64,000 nucleotides of DNA from the NCBI GenBank assembly GCA_025351325.1, contig JANXWE010000066.1:807-64806 (forward strand), written 5' to 3'. Made by a program: the position numbers and the translations under genes. Below the pieces are notes generated by a model. It ran no database searches, was not told where the DNA came from, and saw nothing but the letters and a program-made list of their open reading frames with translations. Source of the DNA: Fimbriiglobus sp. (GTDB taxonomy: Bacteria; Planctomycetota; Planctomycetia; Gemmatales; Gemmataceae). Shown here piece after piece: positions 1-9,344 of the stretch (its first letter is position 1; each line of letters opens with the position of its first letter).

Positions 1-2
1 AA

Positions 3-524
3 AGTGTCGAAACCAACGGCGAGTACACCCGGCTGAAAGATCCTTCTTACGTGAACATGCTCGCGGCCTCGGCGGCCCTCTTCGACATCGGCTTGCTCGT
101 CATCCCCGGTGGGCTTCCGTTGAAACCCGGCAAACTCGACCCCGACGAACGCCAAGTGCTACAGACGCACCCGACCGCCGGGGGAGAGATCTTGATGGGC
201 CTCGCGGAGAAGTTCCCGAGTGAAACCGGGTGCATTTCGCTCGCCGCCGAGATGTCGCGGTCGCACCACGAACGCTGGGATGGCACTGGCTACCCCGAGC
301 GATTGGGAGACTCGGACATCCCGTTGTCGGCCCGTCTGGTGTCGATTGCATCCATCTACGATAGCCTCCGTTCCCGGCGGCCGTATCGCCCGGCCGTCAC
401 CCACTCCCGCGCCGTCCGCGTGTTGACTCACGAGTGCGTCGGTCGCTTCGATCCCGCGATCTTGAATGCCTTCGTCGCCGCGGCTTCCCGCTTCGAGCAA
501 ATCTACAACGAGTACCCGATCTGA
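3..524 (+). CDS. HD-GYP domain protein (c-di-GMP phosphodiesterase family), 5' partial
   Basis: Frame 3 is open from the window edge to the stop at 522-524. The translation contains HHERWDGTGYP, the GYP signature of HD-GYP domains. Confidence 0.75.
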   Translation, partial: SVETNGEYTRLKDPSYVNMLAASAALFDIGLLVIPGGLPLKPGKLDPDERQVLQTHPTAGGEILMGLAEKFPSETGCISLAAEMSRSHHERWDGTGYPERLGDSDIPLSARLVSIASIYDSLRSRRPYRPAVTHSRAVRVLTHECVGRFDPAILNAFVAAASRFEQIYNEYPI

Positions 525-579
525 CCGGAGGCCCGCTAGAATATCCCCGTTCCATTCACTCGGATTCGGAGGAATCATC

Positions 580-1131
580 ATGCTTCGCTTGGGACTCAGT
601 CTGTTGGTGGCGGCGTTCGGCGGGTTCGCGTTGGCCGCGGACGACAAAGGCACCGTCGTCAAACTCGCCGGATTGTCCGGTACGACTCCCGCCGATTGGA
701 AAGAAGAAACCCCGTCAAACAAAATGCGGCTGGCCCAGTTCAAACTGCCGAAGGCCGAGAAGGACAAAGACGACGCCGAGATGTCCGTGTTCATCTCGCC
801 GGGCGGCGGTGGCGTCGACGCCAATTTGAAGCGCCAAGAAGCGAAGTTCGAAATCGCCGAAGGCGTGAAGAAGGAAGACGCGGTCAAACTCGACAAGGTG
901 ACGGTCGGCACCTTCGACGGCAAGTACCAAGACCTGTCGGGGACTTTCCTGTCCAAGTCGGCCCCGTTCGATCCCAACTCGAAAGTCACCAAGAAGGAAG
1001 GCTACCGCCAGCTTTATGTGATCTTCGAAGCCAAAGATAGCGAAGTGGTTTCCATGATCGTCGTCGGCCCCGCGGCCACCATCGAAAAGCACAAGAAAGG
1101 GTTCGAGGAGTTTTTGAAGAGCTTCAAGTGA
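580..1131 (+). CDS. secreted hypothetical protein
   Basis: ATG at 580 preceded by GGAGGA. N-terminus MLRLGLSLLVAAFGGFALAADDKG looks like a signal peptide. The upstream part of the 466..1131 ORF is R/S/P-rich junk. Confidence 0.6.
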   Translation: MLRLGLSLLVAAFGGFALAADDKGTVVKLAGLSGTTPADWKEETPSNKMRLAQFKLPKAEKDKDDAEMSVFISPGGGGVDANLKRQEAKFEIAEGVKKEDAVKLDKVTVGTFDGKYQDLSGTFLSKSAPFDPNSKVTKKEGYRQLYVIFEAKDSEVVSMIVVGPAATIEKHKKGFEEFLKSFK

Positions 1132-1805
1132 AGGTTCGCTTGGGATCGGATCCTCTTCACAGCGACTCGCCAACGAAGCCATCCCGGAAGAAGCGGCGGC
1201 GCGTGCCAACACCATCGCGCGCTCGCGCCGCAGCGGAATTGACGGTTGGCCTGATCGGGTTATTTGCGGTCGTGGTGTTCGTCCCGCTTTCCAGCCCGTG
1301 GTTCGTCGTCGCCATTGCCATCGCGTGCTGTGCGGTGACGGCTTACGCGGTCTACGGTGCGACCCGGTTCGACGGCGCCGCAAAGTGGTGGGGATTCGTT
1401 TGGGGTGGTCAGCACCACGATGATTTGGCGCGCGGACTCTTCAACACCGGCTTGCTGTTCGTCGGTTCGCTCGTCCCGATCGCGATGGTCAAATGCTTCA
1501 TCCGCACGCCGATCGTCCCGCACCCGATCCCGTATTTGTTCTGGTGCTTCGCACAAGATTTTCTCTTTTTCTCCATCGTCATGCGGGGCATCGAGCGGTT
1601 GTCCGCCGGATCGGTCGCGGGCCATCGACACGTCGCCGTTTGGGTCACGGCATTTTTATTCGGGCTGTCGCACTTCCCGATGTACGGGTTCATGCTCGCC
1701 ACCGCTTCGATCGCCGTTTTTTGGGGGTATATTTTCCAGCGGAGCCGCCTGCTTTGGCCGGTGACGGGATTGCACTTCATCCTCGGACTATTGGTCATGT
1801 CCTGA
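1128..1805 (+). CDS. CPBP (CAAX/Abi-like) intramembrane protease family protein, divergent motif 1
   Basis: Multi-TM protein with FLFGLSHF and LHFILGLL motifs resembling CPBP motifs 2 and 3. The usual EExxxR motif reads QDFLFFSIVMRG. GTGA overlap with the upstream stop; start uncertain. Confidence 0.5.
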   Translation: MKVRLGSDPLHSDSPTKPSRKKRRRVPTPSRARAAAELTVGLIGLFAVVVFVPLSSPWFVVAIAIACCAVTAYAVYGATRFDGAAKWWGFVWGGQHHDDLARGLFNTGLLFVGSLVPIAMVKCFIRTPIVPHPIPYLFWCFAQDFLFFSIVMRGIERLSAGSVAGHRHVAVWVTAFLFGLSHFPMYGFMLATASIAVFWGYIFQRSRLLWPVTGLHFILGLLVMS

Positions 1806-1868
1806 TGGTTCCGATCCGAGTTCCGTCCACCGGCTCGCCGTTCCGAGTCAATTCCGTAGCCAAATTCT

Positions 1869-2567
1869 ATGTCAAATATCGTCATCACTTGTCCGCATGC
1901 GCCGTGTGGAAAATCGCTGCGGCTCCCGCTCGCCGCCATCGGCCAACCGATTTCTTGCCCGCATTGCCGAACGTCCATTGGCATCGAACTCGGTGCCGAT
2001 GGCCAACCCGGCCCGCCTCGGGTCTTGCGGGCCGGGCCACGGTTGCCCCGGATGCTGTTGGTTCCCGCCGTGTCGATGTTGATCTTGGGCACCGCCGGCG
2101 TGTTCACCAACGGTTACATCGCCGCCGATGCGGCCACGCGGCCGGGAGCGGCCTTGGAGCAAGCGCGCCGGCAAGTCGGGGATCTCCGCAACCTGGACGA
2201 AATGACCGGGCCGAAGGCGTCGAAGAAAGCCAAGCCCGATGAAGAGGCGACACCGATCGACCTGTTCGCGGCCCTGGCGGGGCAAGCTGCGGCCACGGGT
2301 GAAATCCTGCGCGGCGAAGAAGCACTCGCCCAGGCGTGGGCACCGGAAGTGGTTCGCATCAACCTGATTTTTACCGGGGTCAGTCTCTTCGTGGCCGTGG
2401 GCGGATTTCTGATTCTGCGCGGCAAAGGGTACTGGTTCGCACTCGCGGCCTGTGTCGCGGCCATTTTGAACCTCAATCACGCCTGCTGTTTCCCCGGGAC
2501 GGTGGCCGGCCTCTGGGGAATTCTCGTCCTCGTCCGCGACGACGGTCGCAAGCACTTCGGCAAATGA
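1869..2567 (+). CDS. zinc-ribbon membrane protein, hypothetical
   Basis: N-terminus ITCPHAPCGKS...ISCPHCRTS (two CxxC-type pairs) followed by about four hydrophobic helices. Confidence 0.6.
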   Translation: MSNIVITCPHAPCGKSLRLPLAAIGQPISCPHCRTSIGIELGADGQPGPPRVLRAGPRLPRMLLVPAVSMLILGTAGVFTNGYIAADAATRPGAALEQARRQVGDLRNLDEMTGPKASKKAKPDEEATPIDLFAALAGQAAATGEILRGEEALAQAWAPEVVRINLIFTGVSLFVAVGGFLILRGKGYWFALAACVAAILNLNHACCFPGTVAGLWGILVLVRDDGRKHFGK

Positions 2568-2613
2568 AAAAACGCGGGCCGAATGGCCCACGTTTCCAAG
2601 ATCGAACTCGGGT

Positions 2614-5103
2614 TCAATTCCCGCTCGGCCCACGGGTGATCTTGAACTCGTCGATCCCCGAGAGACGCTTCTTCACGCCTTTCTCGGAGGAGTCGATCTC
2701 GAACTGTCGCTTGATGTCCGATTCGACGATCATCCCCGTGTCCTCTTCGATGAGAACCATTCCTTTGACGGTGCCGGACGCGCTGCCCGCAGCCGCACCG
2801 CCCATCGGACTGATATTCCCTTCGACGCTTACCACGGCTTCGCGTCGGCCCAAGCGTTCCCGGATACCGAGGTAGGTGTAGGTGATCTCTTCTTGGAACG
2901 CGTACTCTTTGACTTTGACCTTGGTTCGATTTTCCAGCCTGTCCACTTCGCCACTTTGAAACGCGAAGCGTAAATACTTGGTCACTTTCCAAGTGTCGCC
3001 CGAATTCATTTTTTTATTCGGTAATCCAATGGAGCCTTCGTGGAGCGTTTCGATCAACTCTTGGCCTTGGCTCATGTAGAGTTGTTTCAGCGGAGAACTA
3101 TCCGGGATGTTGAACGTCTGCACGAGCATCTTCGTGATTTCGCCGTTGCGGAGGAACGTCCCCGTCGCGGTCACGAGTTTGATGCCGGCGTTGATGAATT
3201 CGATGATCTCTTTTGGCGCGGGAATCTCTTTGTTGCCGCGTTTGATCTTCAAATCCATCGAGTCGAACCGGTAGAGTACTTTTGCCAGCGTCGATGCGTC
3301 GGCGGGCTTCCCGAGTTCTTCGGTCAACTTGAGCGTCTGCTGCAACAGCAGCTTCGTCTCTTTTTCAGCACCCTCCCCGTCTTCGAGCTGCTGGAGATCG
3401 CTGACGCGGACGACCGTGATCGGGCGTTTGCTGCCGATTTTGAACCGAGCTGTGAGGTCGGTCGCTTTGCGTTCGTACGCCGGCCCCGACAGTTTGACCA
3501 AGTTGCCCGCCATCCAACGCTTCGGAACCGAGGTACTCGAAAAGTACGGTTGGCTAAAATAAGATTTGCCCGCTTCTTGCGCCGGGTAAACCAGTTCCCC
3601 CGTGGCCACTTGCTTTTCGGGATCGTAGGTCATTTTCACTTCGAGCAGATTGGAGTCATCCGGCTTCACCAAGCGTTCGTCGCCGGGAGAACGCACCGAG
3701 TCGCCAGCATCACCCAGCCAACAGGCCATCCCGATTTCTTTGAGCTGCTTGCGCGGGTCGAGGCAATTCACTTTGACGGGCACGTGCGTCTTCCCGTCTT
3801 GCAGGAACGCGGCACCATACTCCACATTGGCGATCCGGCCGGCAATCAAACCCCGAACATATTCCGTCGGCACGCCGTAGGCGATATTCGTGAACCGTCC
3901 TTCGCTGTCCAAGTCCACCCGCACGGCCACCGCCACGACGGCACCATCGCCATCGCAGATCGGCCCACCCGAATTCCCGTGGACGAGACCGCCTTGAACC
4001 TGCACCGAGTACAGGTCGCCGAAAGTGTCTTTCCGCAAGGCCTGCACTTTTGTTTCGCTGATCGTGACCGTCGGTGGATCTTCACTGCGATTACGTTCGG
4101 CGATCCGCCGGCCACCGGGGTAGCCGAGCACCGTCAGTTTCTCCAAACGTTCCAGCTCTTCCGACGGACGAGTTTTTAGCGGCTTTGGAAGGTTCGATTC
4201 GTTGATGATTTCAAGCAACGCCAAATCCATGTCACGGTCGACCGCGAGGAGTTTGACCTTGGCCCCCTCGAACTTCTGCTGCTTACCCTTCTCGCCGGGG
4301 TCGACAAAGATGGTGATCTTTTTGGGTTCTTTGCTGCCGGGAGCCTTCATTCCCAGCACGTGGGCGTTGGTTACAATCAAATTGTTGTCCAGTCCGAACC
4401 AGCCGGTACCGGAACTGCCGCCACCGCGTTGATCTTCGATTTCGATGTAGACCGTGGCGCGCGTCATTTTGTCGAAGGTCGCTGCGTCCGGGGTATCCCT
4501 CCGCGTCATCGGTTTCACATCGACCGGTTTCGGCTCGATGGGCTTGACCGGTTTCGTTTCGGGCGGCTTGACTTCGACCGGTTTGGTTTCGGGTGGTTTC
4601 GTCGCCGTCGACGCCTGCGTCTCCGGTTTCACCGGCGGGTTCGGCTTGATTTCTGGCACCGTCGGATTCACAACGGGTGCCGGTGGTGTGACGTCGGTCG
4701 GCACGGGGGACGCTGCTGCTACGACCTTGGGATCGTCCTTTTTCAGGGCGAAGTAGGCGGCGACCGAACCGGCACCGAGGAGTACAACCGCGCCGACTCC
4801 CGCCATGATCAGAAGTGGCATCTTCGACTTCTTCGCGGCCTTCACAGGCTGCTTGCGATAGCGTGGGGCTTCGTCCTCGTCATCTTCCACGACGATGTTC
4901 TTCTTCACCGCTTTGATCACCGGTACGGCCTTCGCCACCGGCACCGCCTTCGCCGCCGCTTTCGCAACGGGTGCCGGGACGGCTTTGGCTTGCGGCACTC
5001 GGACGGTTTCGTCGCACTCTTCGCAGGCCACGGTTTTTCCCGCTCGGCTTTCCGGCGCTGAAAACTTGTGGCCGCAGTCTTCACAGGTCACTCGAATGGG
5101 CAT
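2614..5103 (-). CDS. membrane-anchored trypsin-like (S1C/HtrA-type) serine peptidase with N-terminal zinc ribbon
   Basis: N-terminus CEDCGHKF...VACEECDE, then an AKAVPV low-complexity stretch, a TM helix and a KP/ETKPV repeat linker. The protease core has TNAHVLG, DLALLE and HGNSGGP (His/Asp/Ser). About 400 aa of C-terminal domain is unassigned. Confidence 0.8.
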   Translation of the reverse strand: MPIRVTCEDCGHKFSAPESRAGKTVACEECDETVRVPQAKAVPAPVAKAAAKAVPVAKAVPVIKAVKKNIVVEDDEDEAPRYRKQPVKAAKKSKMPLLIMAGVGAVVLLGAGSVAAYFALKKDDPKVVAAASPVPTDVTPPAPVVNPTVPEIKPNPPVKPETQASTATKPPETKPVEVKPPETKPVKPIEPKPVDVKPMTRRDTPDAATFDKMTRATVYIEIEDQRGGGSSGTGWFGLDNNLIVTNAHVLGMKAPGSKEPKKITIFVDPGEKGKQQKFEGAKVKLLAVDRDMDLALLEIINESNLPKPLKTRPSEELERLEKLTVLGYPGGRRIAERNRSEDPPTVTISETKVQALRKDTFGDLYSVQVQGGLVHGNSGGPICDGDGAVVAVAVRVDLDSEGRFTNIAYGVPTEYVRGLIAGRIANVEYGAAFLQDGKTHVPVKVNCLDPRKQLKEIGMACWLGDAGDSVRSPGDERLVKPDDSNLLEVKMTYDPEKQVATGELVYPAQEAGKSYFSQPYFSSTSVPKRWMAGNLVKLSGPAYERKATDLTARFKIGSKRPITVVRVSDLQQLEDGEGAEKETKLLLQQTLKLTEELGKPADASTLAKVLYRFDSMDLKIKRGNKEIPAPKEIIEFINAGIKLVTATGTFLRNGEITKMLVQTFNIPDSSPLKQLYMSQGQELIETLHEGSIGLPNKKMNSGDTWKVTKYLRFAFQSGEVDRLENRTKVKVKEYAFQEEITYTYLGIRERLGRREAVVSVEGNISPMGGAAAGSASGTVKGMVLIEEDTGMIVESDIKRQFEIDSSEKGVKKRLSGIDEFKITRGPSGN

Positions 5104-5288
5104 AGATCCCTCGCCGATTGGCTGACGAACGAAAATTAGGTAATACGAGTTTATCGTAGGCCGAACGAAGTCGTTGCAACAATTGTCCGGAGATTTCCGA
5201 CGCGTCTCCAGCTACAAGACGATTATAATCGAACAATAGATGTCCCGAAATGGCGGGCTACTCGGTTTCGCATTCCAAAGGTCTTCCC

Positions 5289-7151
5289 ATGCGCGCTTGG
5301 GTTCTCGGCTTGTTCGTCATTTTGGCTTCCCACCCATTCGCCCCGGCGGCGAATCCCGAACCGTCTTTGGAGCGGATCAAGAAGGACATCGATTTCCTCG
5401 CCGGCGAGGAGTGCGAAGGCCGCGGCTTGAAGACCCAAGGCATCCTCAAAGCCGGTGACTACATTGCCACGGCGTTCCAGGATTCTGGCCTCAAACCCGC
5501 TTTCAAGGAAGGCTATTTCCAGAAATTCACAGTCTCCGGGCGAGGGAAACTCGGCACGCCGAACACGCTGGTTCTGAAAACGGGCGACGTCGAAACCGAA
5601 CTCAAAATCAAAGACGAGTTCACCGCCACCGGGGCATCCGGTGCTGGCAAAAAGTCGACTGGATTGGTCTTCGTGGGCTACGGCATCACCAGCGCCGAAG
5701 CGAAATACGACGACTATGCCGGGATGGACGTCAAAGGTAAAACCGTGGTGATTCTGCGCCGGACACCCAAAGCCGACGACAAAAAATCACCCTTCGAGCA
5801 GACCGGCGACGATTCCCTCGCCTCGCTCACCAGCAAGATCCAGAACGCGATAGCCCACGGAGCCGTTGGAATTTTGTTCGTCAGCGATCGTGGTACGGCC
5901 GCGAAAAGCGATCCGCTGATGGAAGCGGATCGCACCAGTGGTAGCTTTTTTGATGGCCCGGTGTTCCACGTCAAACGGACGGTCATTGATGAGTTGACGA
6001 AGGCCAAAAAGGACAAAACGCTCGCCGAGATCGAAGAGGCCATCGATATAGATTTGAAACCGTTCAGCTTCGCGTGCCAAGGCGTGACCGCTGAGACAGA
6101 AGTGACCATCACCCGCGACATGCTTCCCACCCGGAACGTCGTCGGGGTGTGCGAAGGGGCTGGCCCGTTCGCCGATGAAACTATCGTGCTCGGCGCCCAC
6201 TACGATCACCTCGGCCGAGGCGAATCGGGATCGCTCGCCACGAAAGACGCCAAAGATAAGACGCACTTCGGGGCCGACGACAACGGCTCCGGTACGTCCG
6301 GGTTGCTCGAACTCGCCCGCCGCTACGGCAAGATGAAGAACCGCCAGGGCCGCCGCATCGTGTTCGTCGCGTTCAGCGGGGAAGAGCAGGGGCTATTCGG
6401 GTCGATTCACTACTGCAAAGAGCCGCCGTTCCCTCTGGAAAAAACCCGATTCATGATCAACATGGATATGATCGGCCGGATGGTCGGCGTCGAACAGAAA
6501 ATGGGCGATGGCCTCCCGAAGAAAGATCGCCTCGTGGTCTACGGCACCGGCACCACCGCCGGCCTCGACAAACTGGTCGACGATGCCAACAAGTCGTTCG
6601 ATTTCAAACTGTTCAAGATCGCCGGCGGCACCGGGCCGAGCGATCACTCGTCGTTCTACGCCAAGAAAATCCCCGTGCTGTTCTTCTTCACCGGCACCCA
6701 CAAGGATTATCACAAGCCGACCGATACGCCGGACAAAATCAACATCGCGGGTTTGAAGAAAGTGGCCGATTTCGTCCAGGTGTTCGCGGACTATTACACC
6801 ACCACGGAAGAGACCGTCGCGTACTTGAAGACCAAAGGTGGCGGCGAAGATCCGACCGACACGACCCCGCGTTCCTCCGCCGGTCGAGGTGGCCCACGGA
6901 TCGGAATCATGCCTGGAAACTATGGCGAAATCGATGGAGGAGTTTTGGTGGGTGGCGTCACCGAAGGTGGCGCGGCCGAAAAAGCCGGGATCAAAGAAGA
7001 CGATGTGATTGTGAGCATCGGTGGGCTGCCCGTGAAGAATATCGAAACCTATATGGCGGCGATGTCCGGCCAGAAAATCGGCACCGAAGTCGACGTGATC
7101 GTGCTCCGCAAAGATAAGAAAGTGACCGTGAAAGTCATCCCGACGAAGTAA
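5289..7151 (+). CDS. M28 family zinc aminopeptidase with PA domain and C-terminal PDZ domain
   Basis: Signal peptide MRAWVLGLFVILASHPFAPAA. Motifs AHYDHLG, GADDNGSGTSGLLELAR, FSGEEQGLFGS and GPSDHSSF are typical of M28. The C-terminus GAAEKAGIKEDDVIVSIGG is PDZ-like. An alternative start lies at 5250. Confidence 0.85.
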   Translation: MRAWVLGLFVILASHPFAPAANPEPSLERIKKDIDFLAGEECEGRGLKTQGILKAGDYIATAFQDSGLKPAFKEGYFQKFTVSGRGKLGTPNTLVLKTGDVETELKIKDEFTATGASGAGKKSTGLVFVGYGITSAEAKYDDYAGMDVKGKTVVILRRTPKADDKKSPFEQTGDDSLASLTSKIQNAIAHGAVGILFVSDRGTAAKSDPLMEADRTSGSFFDGPVFHVKRTVIDELTKAKKDKTLAEIEEAIDIDLKPFSFACQGVTAETEVTITRDMLPTRNVVGVCEGAGPFADETIVLGAHYDHLGRGESGSLATKDAKDKTHFGADDNGSGTSGLLELARRYGKMKNRQGRRIVFVAFSGEEQGLFGSIHYCKEPPFPLEKTRFMINMDMIGRMVGVEQKMGDGLPKKDRLVVYGTGTTAGLDKLVDDANKSFDFKLFKIAGGTGPSDHSSFYAKKIPVLFFFTGTHKDYHKPTDTPDKINIAGLKKVADFVQVFADYYTTTEETVAYLKTKGGGEDPTDTTPRSSAGRGGPRIGIMPGNYGEIDGGVLVGGVTEGGAAEKAGIKEDDVIVSIGGLPVKNIETYMAAMSGQKIGTEVDVIVLRKDKKVTVKVIPTK

Positions 7152-7229
7152 CCGATTTTGGCTTGGAAAGATTGAAGAGACAATTTCCTGTACTCCGAAG
7201 GGGTATCGAGGGAGTAACAAAGTCACGCT

Positions 7230-8519
7230 CTACAGCTCCACCCGGAACACCGTCTGCCCATCGCGGCGGAACCATTCGATGGAACCGCCGTTCGCTTCGA
7301 CCGCTTGCTTCGCCACGGTCAACCCGAGACCGATCCCCTCGACTTTCCCCGTCACGAACGTCTCGAACAGTCGCCCGGCGATCTCCGCGGGTGGCCCGGC
7401 ACCACTGTCGATCACCTCCACCGTTCGCCCGACGCAGCGCACCTCCACCATTCCCTTCGGCCCGGCCGCATCCATCGCATTCCCGATCAGGTTGACGAAG
7501 AGATGCCCGAGGGAAATGGAATCGCCGGTGAATGGCACGGCGGCCCCGCGCGACCATCGCAGCTCGATTCCGAGATGCTTCGCCTGCGGCAGGAACAACG
7601 CGACCGCCCCATCGACGACTTCGACCAAATCGAGTTCAGCCTTCGCCGCCAGCGTCGGTTTGCCGAGTGCCAAGAACTGGCTCAGGGTCATTTCGATCCG
7701 GGCGAGTTGACGCAGGGCGACGTCGAGCGGTTCACGATCGGTCGGAGCCTGTTCCTGCAAATGCAACTGCACCGCGAGCTTCGCCCCGGCCGCGGCGTTG
7801 CGAAGTTGATGGGCCAAGCCACCGCTGAACTGCCCGAGGATGCGCAGGCGTTCGGTCTGCTTCGATTGCGCTTCAAAGGCTGCCAGTTTCCCGGCCATTT
7901 TGTGGATTGAATTCGTGAGATCGCGCAGTTCGTCGTCGGCACCGAGTGGGGCGGTCGCGTGGAAATCCCCGCCGGCGATGGCCCGCGTTTGCGATTCCAA
8001 ACCTCGGATTCTCGTGACGATCTTTGACCCAAAAACGTACAGTAAAAGGCCGACCAGGAAGAAGGCGATGCCGACAAACAGCGGAGGACGGATCGCTTCG
8101 CGGACGGCGGAACGCCGCAGCGATTCCGCGTAGCAGACGGCCAGCCCGTCCCCGCGATTCGGGTGATTCTCGGGTAACTGAACACGGAGTAGCCGGTACT
8201 CTTCGCCGTGCCAGGTGAACAGTTCCGACGGCTCGGGAAGCAGATCGACCCGTTCGCCGAAGGTCGTCACTTGGTCGCCGCCACTTTTGTTCAACACGAA
8301 CTCGGCACCCGACAGGCCTTTCATCTGCTCGAGCACCCGCGCCGTCAGCGGGAACGTCCGCGTTTCCGTCAACGTGCGCGCCACGGCGTGCAGTTGATAG
8401 GCGATGCGGAGTTCTTCGCGGGTCGCCGCCAACGAGGCGGCCCAGCCCGTCGCCACGAGATCGGCGATCAGCAGGACCAGCAGCGGGATCAACAATCGGT
8501 AACGGAGGCTCAAGCGCAC
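7230..8519 (-). CDS. sensor histidine kinase (2 TM, HAMP, HisKA, HATPase_c)
   Basis: It has an N-terminal TM, a sensor loop of about 130 aa, a second TM and a HAMP-like segment. The H-box is FSGGLAHQLRNAAAG and G-box motifs are DSGAGP and GIGLGL. The start overlaps the XRE gene stop by 10 nt. Confidence 0.85.
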   Translation of the reverse strand: MRLSLRYRLLIPLLVLLIADLVATGWAASLAATREELRIAYQLHAVARTLTETRTFPLTARVLEQMKGLSGAEFVLNKSGGDQVTTFGERVDLLPEPSELFTWHGEEYRLLRVQLPENHPNRGDGLAVCYAESLRRSAVREAIRPPLFVGIAFFLVGLLLYVFGSKIVTRIRGLESQTRAIAGGDFHATAPLGADDELRDLTNSIHKMAGKLAAFEAQSKQTERLRILGQFSGGLAHQLRNAAAGAKLAVQLHLQEQAPTDREPLDVALRQLARIEMTLSQFLALGKPTLAAKAELDLVEVVDGAVALFLPQAKHLGIELRWSRGAAVPFTGDSISLGHLFVNLIGNAMDAAGPKGMVEVRCVGRTVEVIDSGAGPPAEIAGRLFETFVTGKVEGIGLGLTVAKQAVEANGGSIEWFRRDGQTVFRVEL

Positions 8520-8746
8520 GGATCACCACTTCCCGCGTATTGGAACACTTGCTCCAAGGGAACACAAAAGACCCGCGCGATCCGGAATGCCACTTCCAGT
8601 GACGGCGAGTATTTGTTCCCCTCGATGGCGTTGACCGTTTGACGAGTGACGCCGACGCGGTCGGCGAGCATTTGCTGCGTCATCTCATCGTGTTGAAAAC
8701 GGAGGGCGCGGATCTTGTTTGAAATGAGTGCTTCACCCTTGCGCAT
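8510..8746 (-). CDS. short XRE-family helix-turn-helix transcriptional regulator
   Basis: 78 aa. MTQQMLADRVGVTRQTVNAIEGNKYSPSLEVAFRIARVF is a canonical HTH_3 motif. Confidence 0.9.
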   Translation of the reverse strand: MRKGEALISNKIRALRFQHDEMTQQMLADRVGVTRQTVNAIEGNKYSPSLEVAFRIARVFCVPLEQVFQYAGSGDPCA

Positions 8747-8749
8747 GGG

Positions 8750-9184
8750 TCATCTCCCCCGCCGGTACAGAAACAGTTGCGAGCCGGTTTCCGTCAATTG
8801 GGCGAGCACCCAAAACCCCAGAAGCACGTGCGAACTGACGAAGTTACCCTTCGTCATCATCGCTGCACTGAGTGCGAAGAACGCACCCGTCGCCAGCACG
8901 AAGGCCCCATTGCGCGTCCCCTTCAGCCCGATCAGGCGATCCCGTTCATCCATTTCGGAACGACGATCCCCAACCGCAATCGCAATGTGTCCCACAATCT
9001 GCACGATGATGAGCAATACGACAGCAGCGATGAACAGGGCCACTTGGTCAGGCATCACGTCGACCGCCAACTCCGTCGGCACTATCGATTCCGAGACCGT
9101 GTAACAGTACCAACCCGAGGCCGCGATCAGGCCAAGAAATACGACCCACAGACTCTTCTCTTGAAATGAGAGATTCACGCGCAT
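8750..9184 (-). CDS. small 4-TM membrane protein of the kind paired with short XRE regulators (DUF2178/DUF2975-like)
   Basis: 144 aa with four hydrophobic helices and a central SEMDERDRLIGLKG motif. The stop is 3 nt before the XRE start. Confidence 0.6.
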   Translation of the reverse strand: MRVNLSFQEKSLWVVFLGLIAASGWYCYTVSESIVPTELAVDVMPDQVALFIAAVVLLIIVQIVGHIAIAVGDRRSEMDERDRLIGLKGTRNGAFVLATGAFFALSAAMMTKGNFVSSHVLLGFWVLAQLTETGSQLFLYRRGR

Positions 9185-9222
9185 TCTCCCGATGGATTGA
9201 TGTCCGATGAACGAGACACGGA

Positions 9223-9286
9223 GTCAATTATGTTTGACATGAGAAATGATATGGGAAGCGGCTTGGATGTCAACTATTTTTGACAT
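9223..9286 (-). promoter_or_regulatory. promoter plus two palindromic operators upstream of the membrane-protein/XRE/kinase operon
   Basis: ATGTCAA-N6-TTGACAT at 9267..9286 and GTCAA-N6-TTGAC at 9223..9238. On the minus strand, TTGACA (9273..9268), 16 nt, then TATCAT (9251..9246) places the second palindrome at about +1. Confidence 0.5.
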
Positions 9287-9344
9287 TAAAAATGTTGATG
9301 GGTATGGGACGGATTGTAAGTCACGCTTGGCGTGACGTACGTGA

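Noticed and set aside
4480-5000. Tandem DNA repeats (GACCGGTTTCGGTTTCGGG-like and GGCACCGCCTTCGCC-like).
   Set aside because: They are the reverse strand of the codons for the KP/ETKPV linker and the AKAVPV low-complexity region of the protease gene. They are not an independent repeat element.
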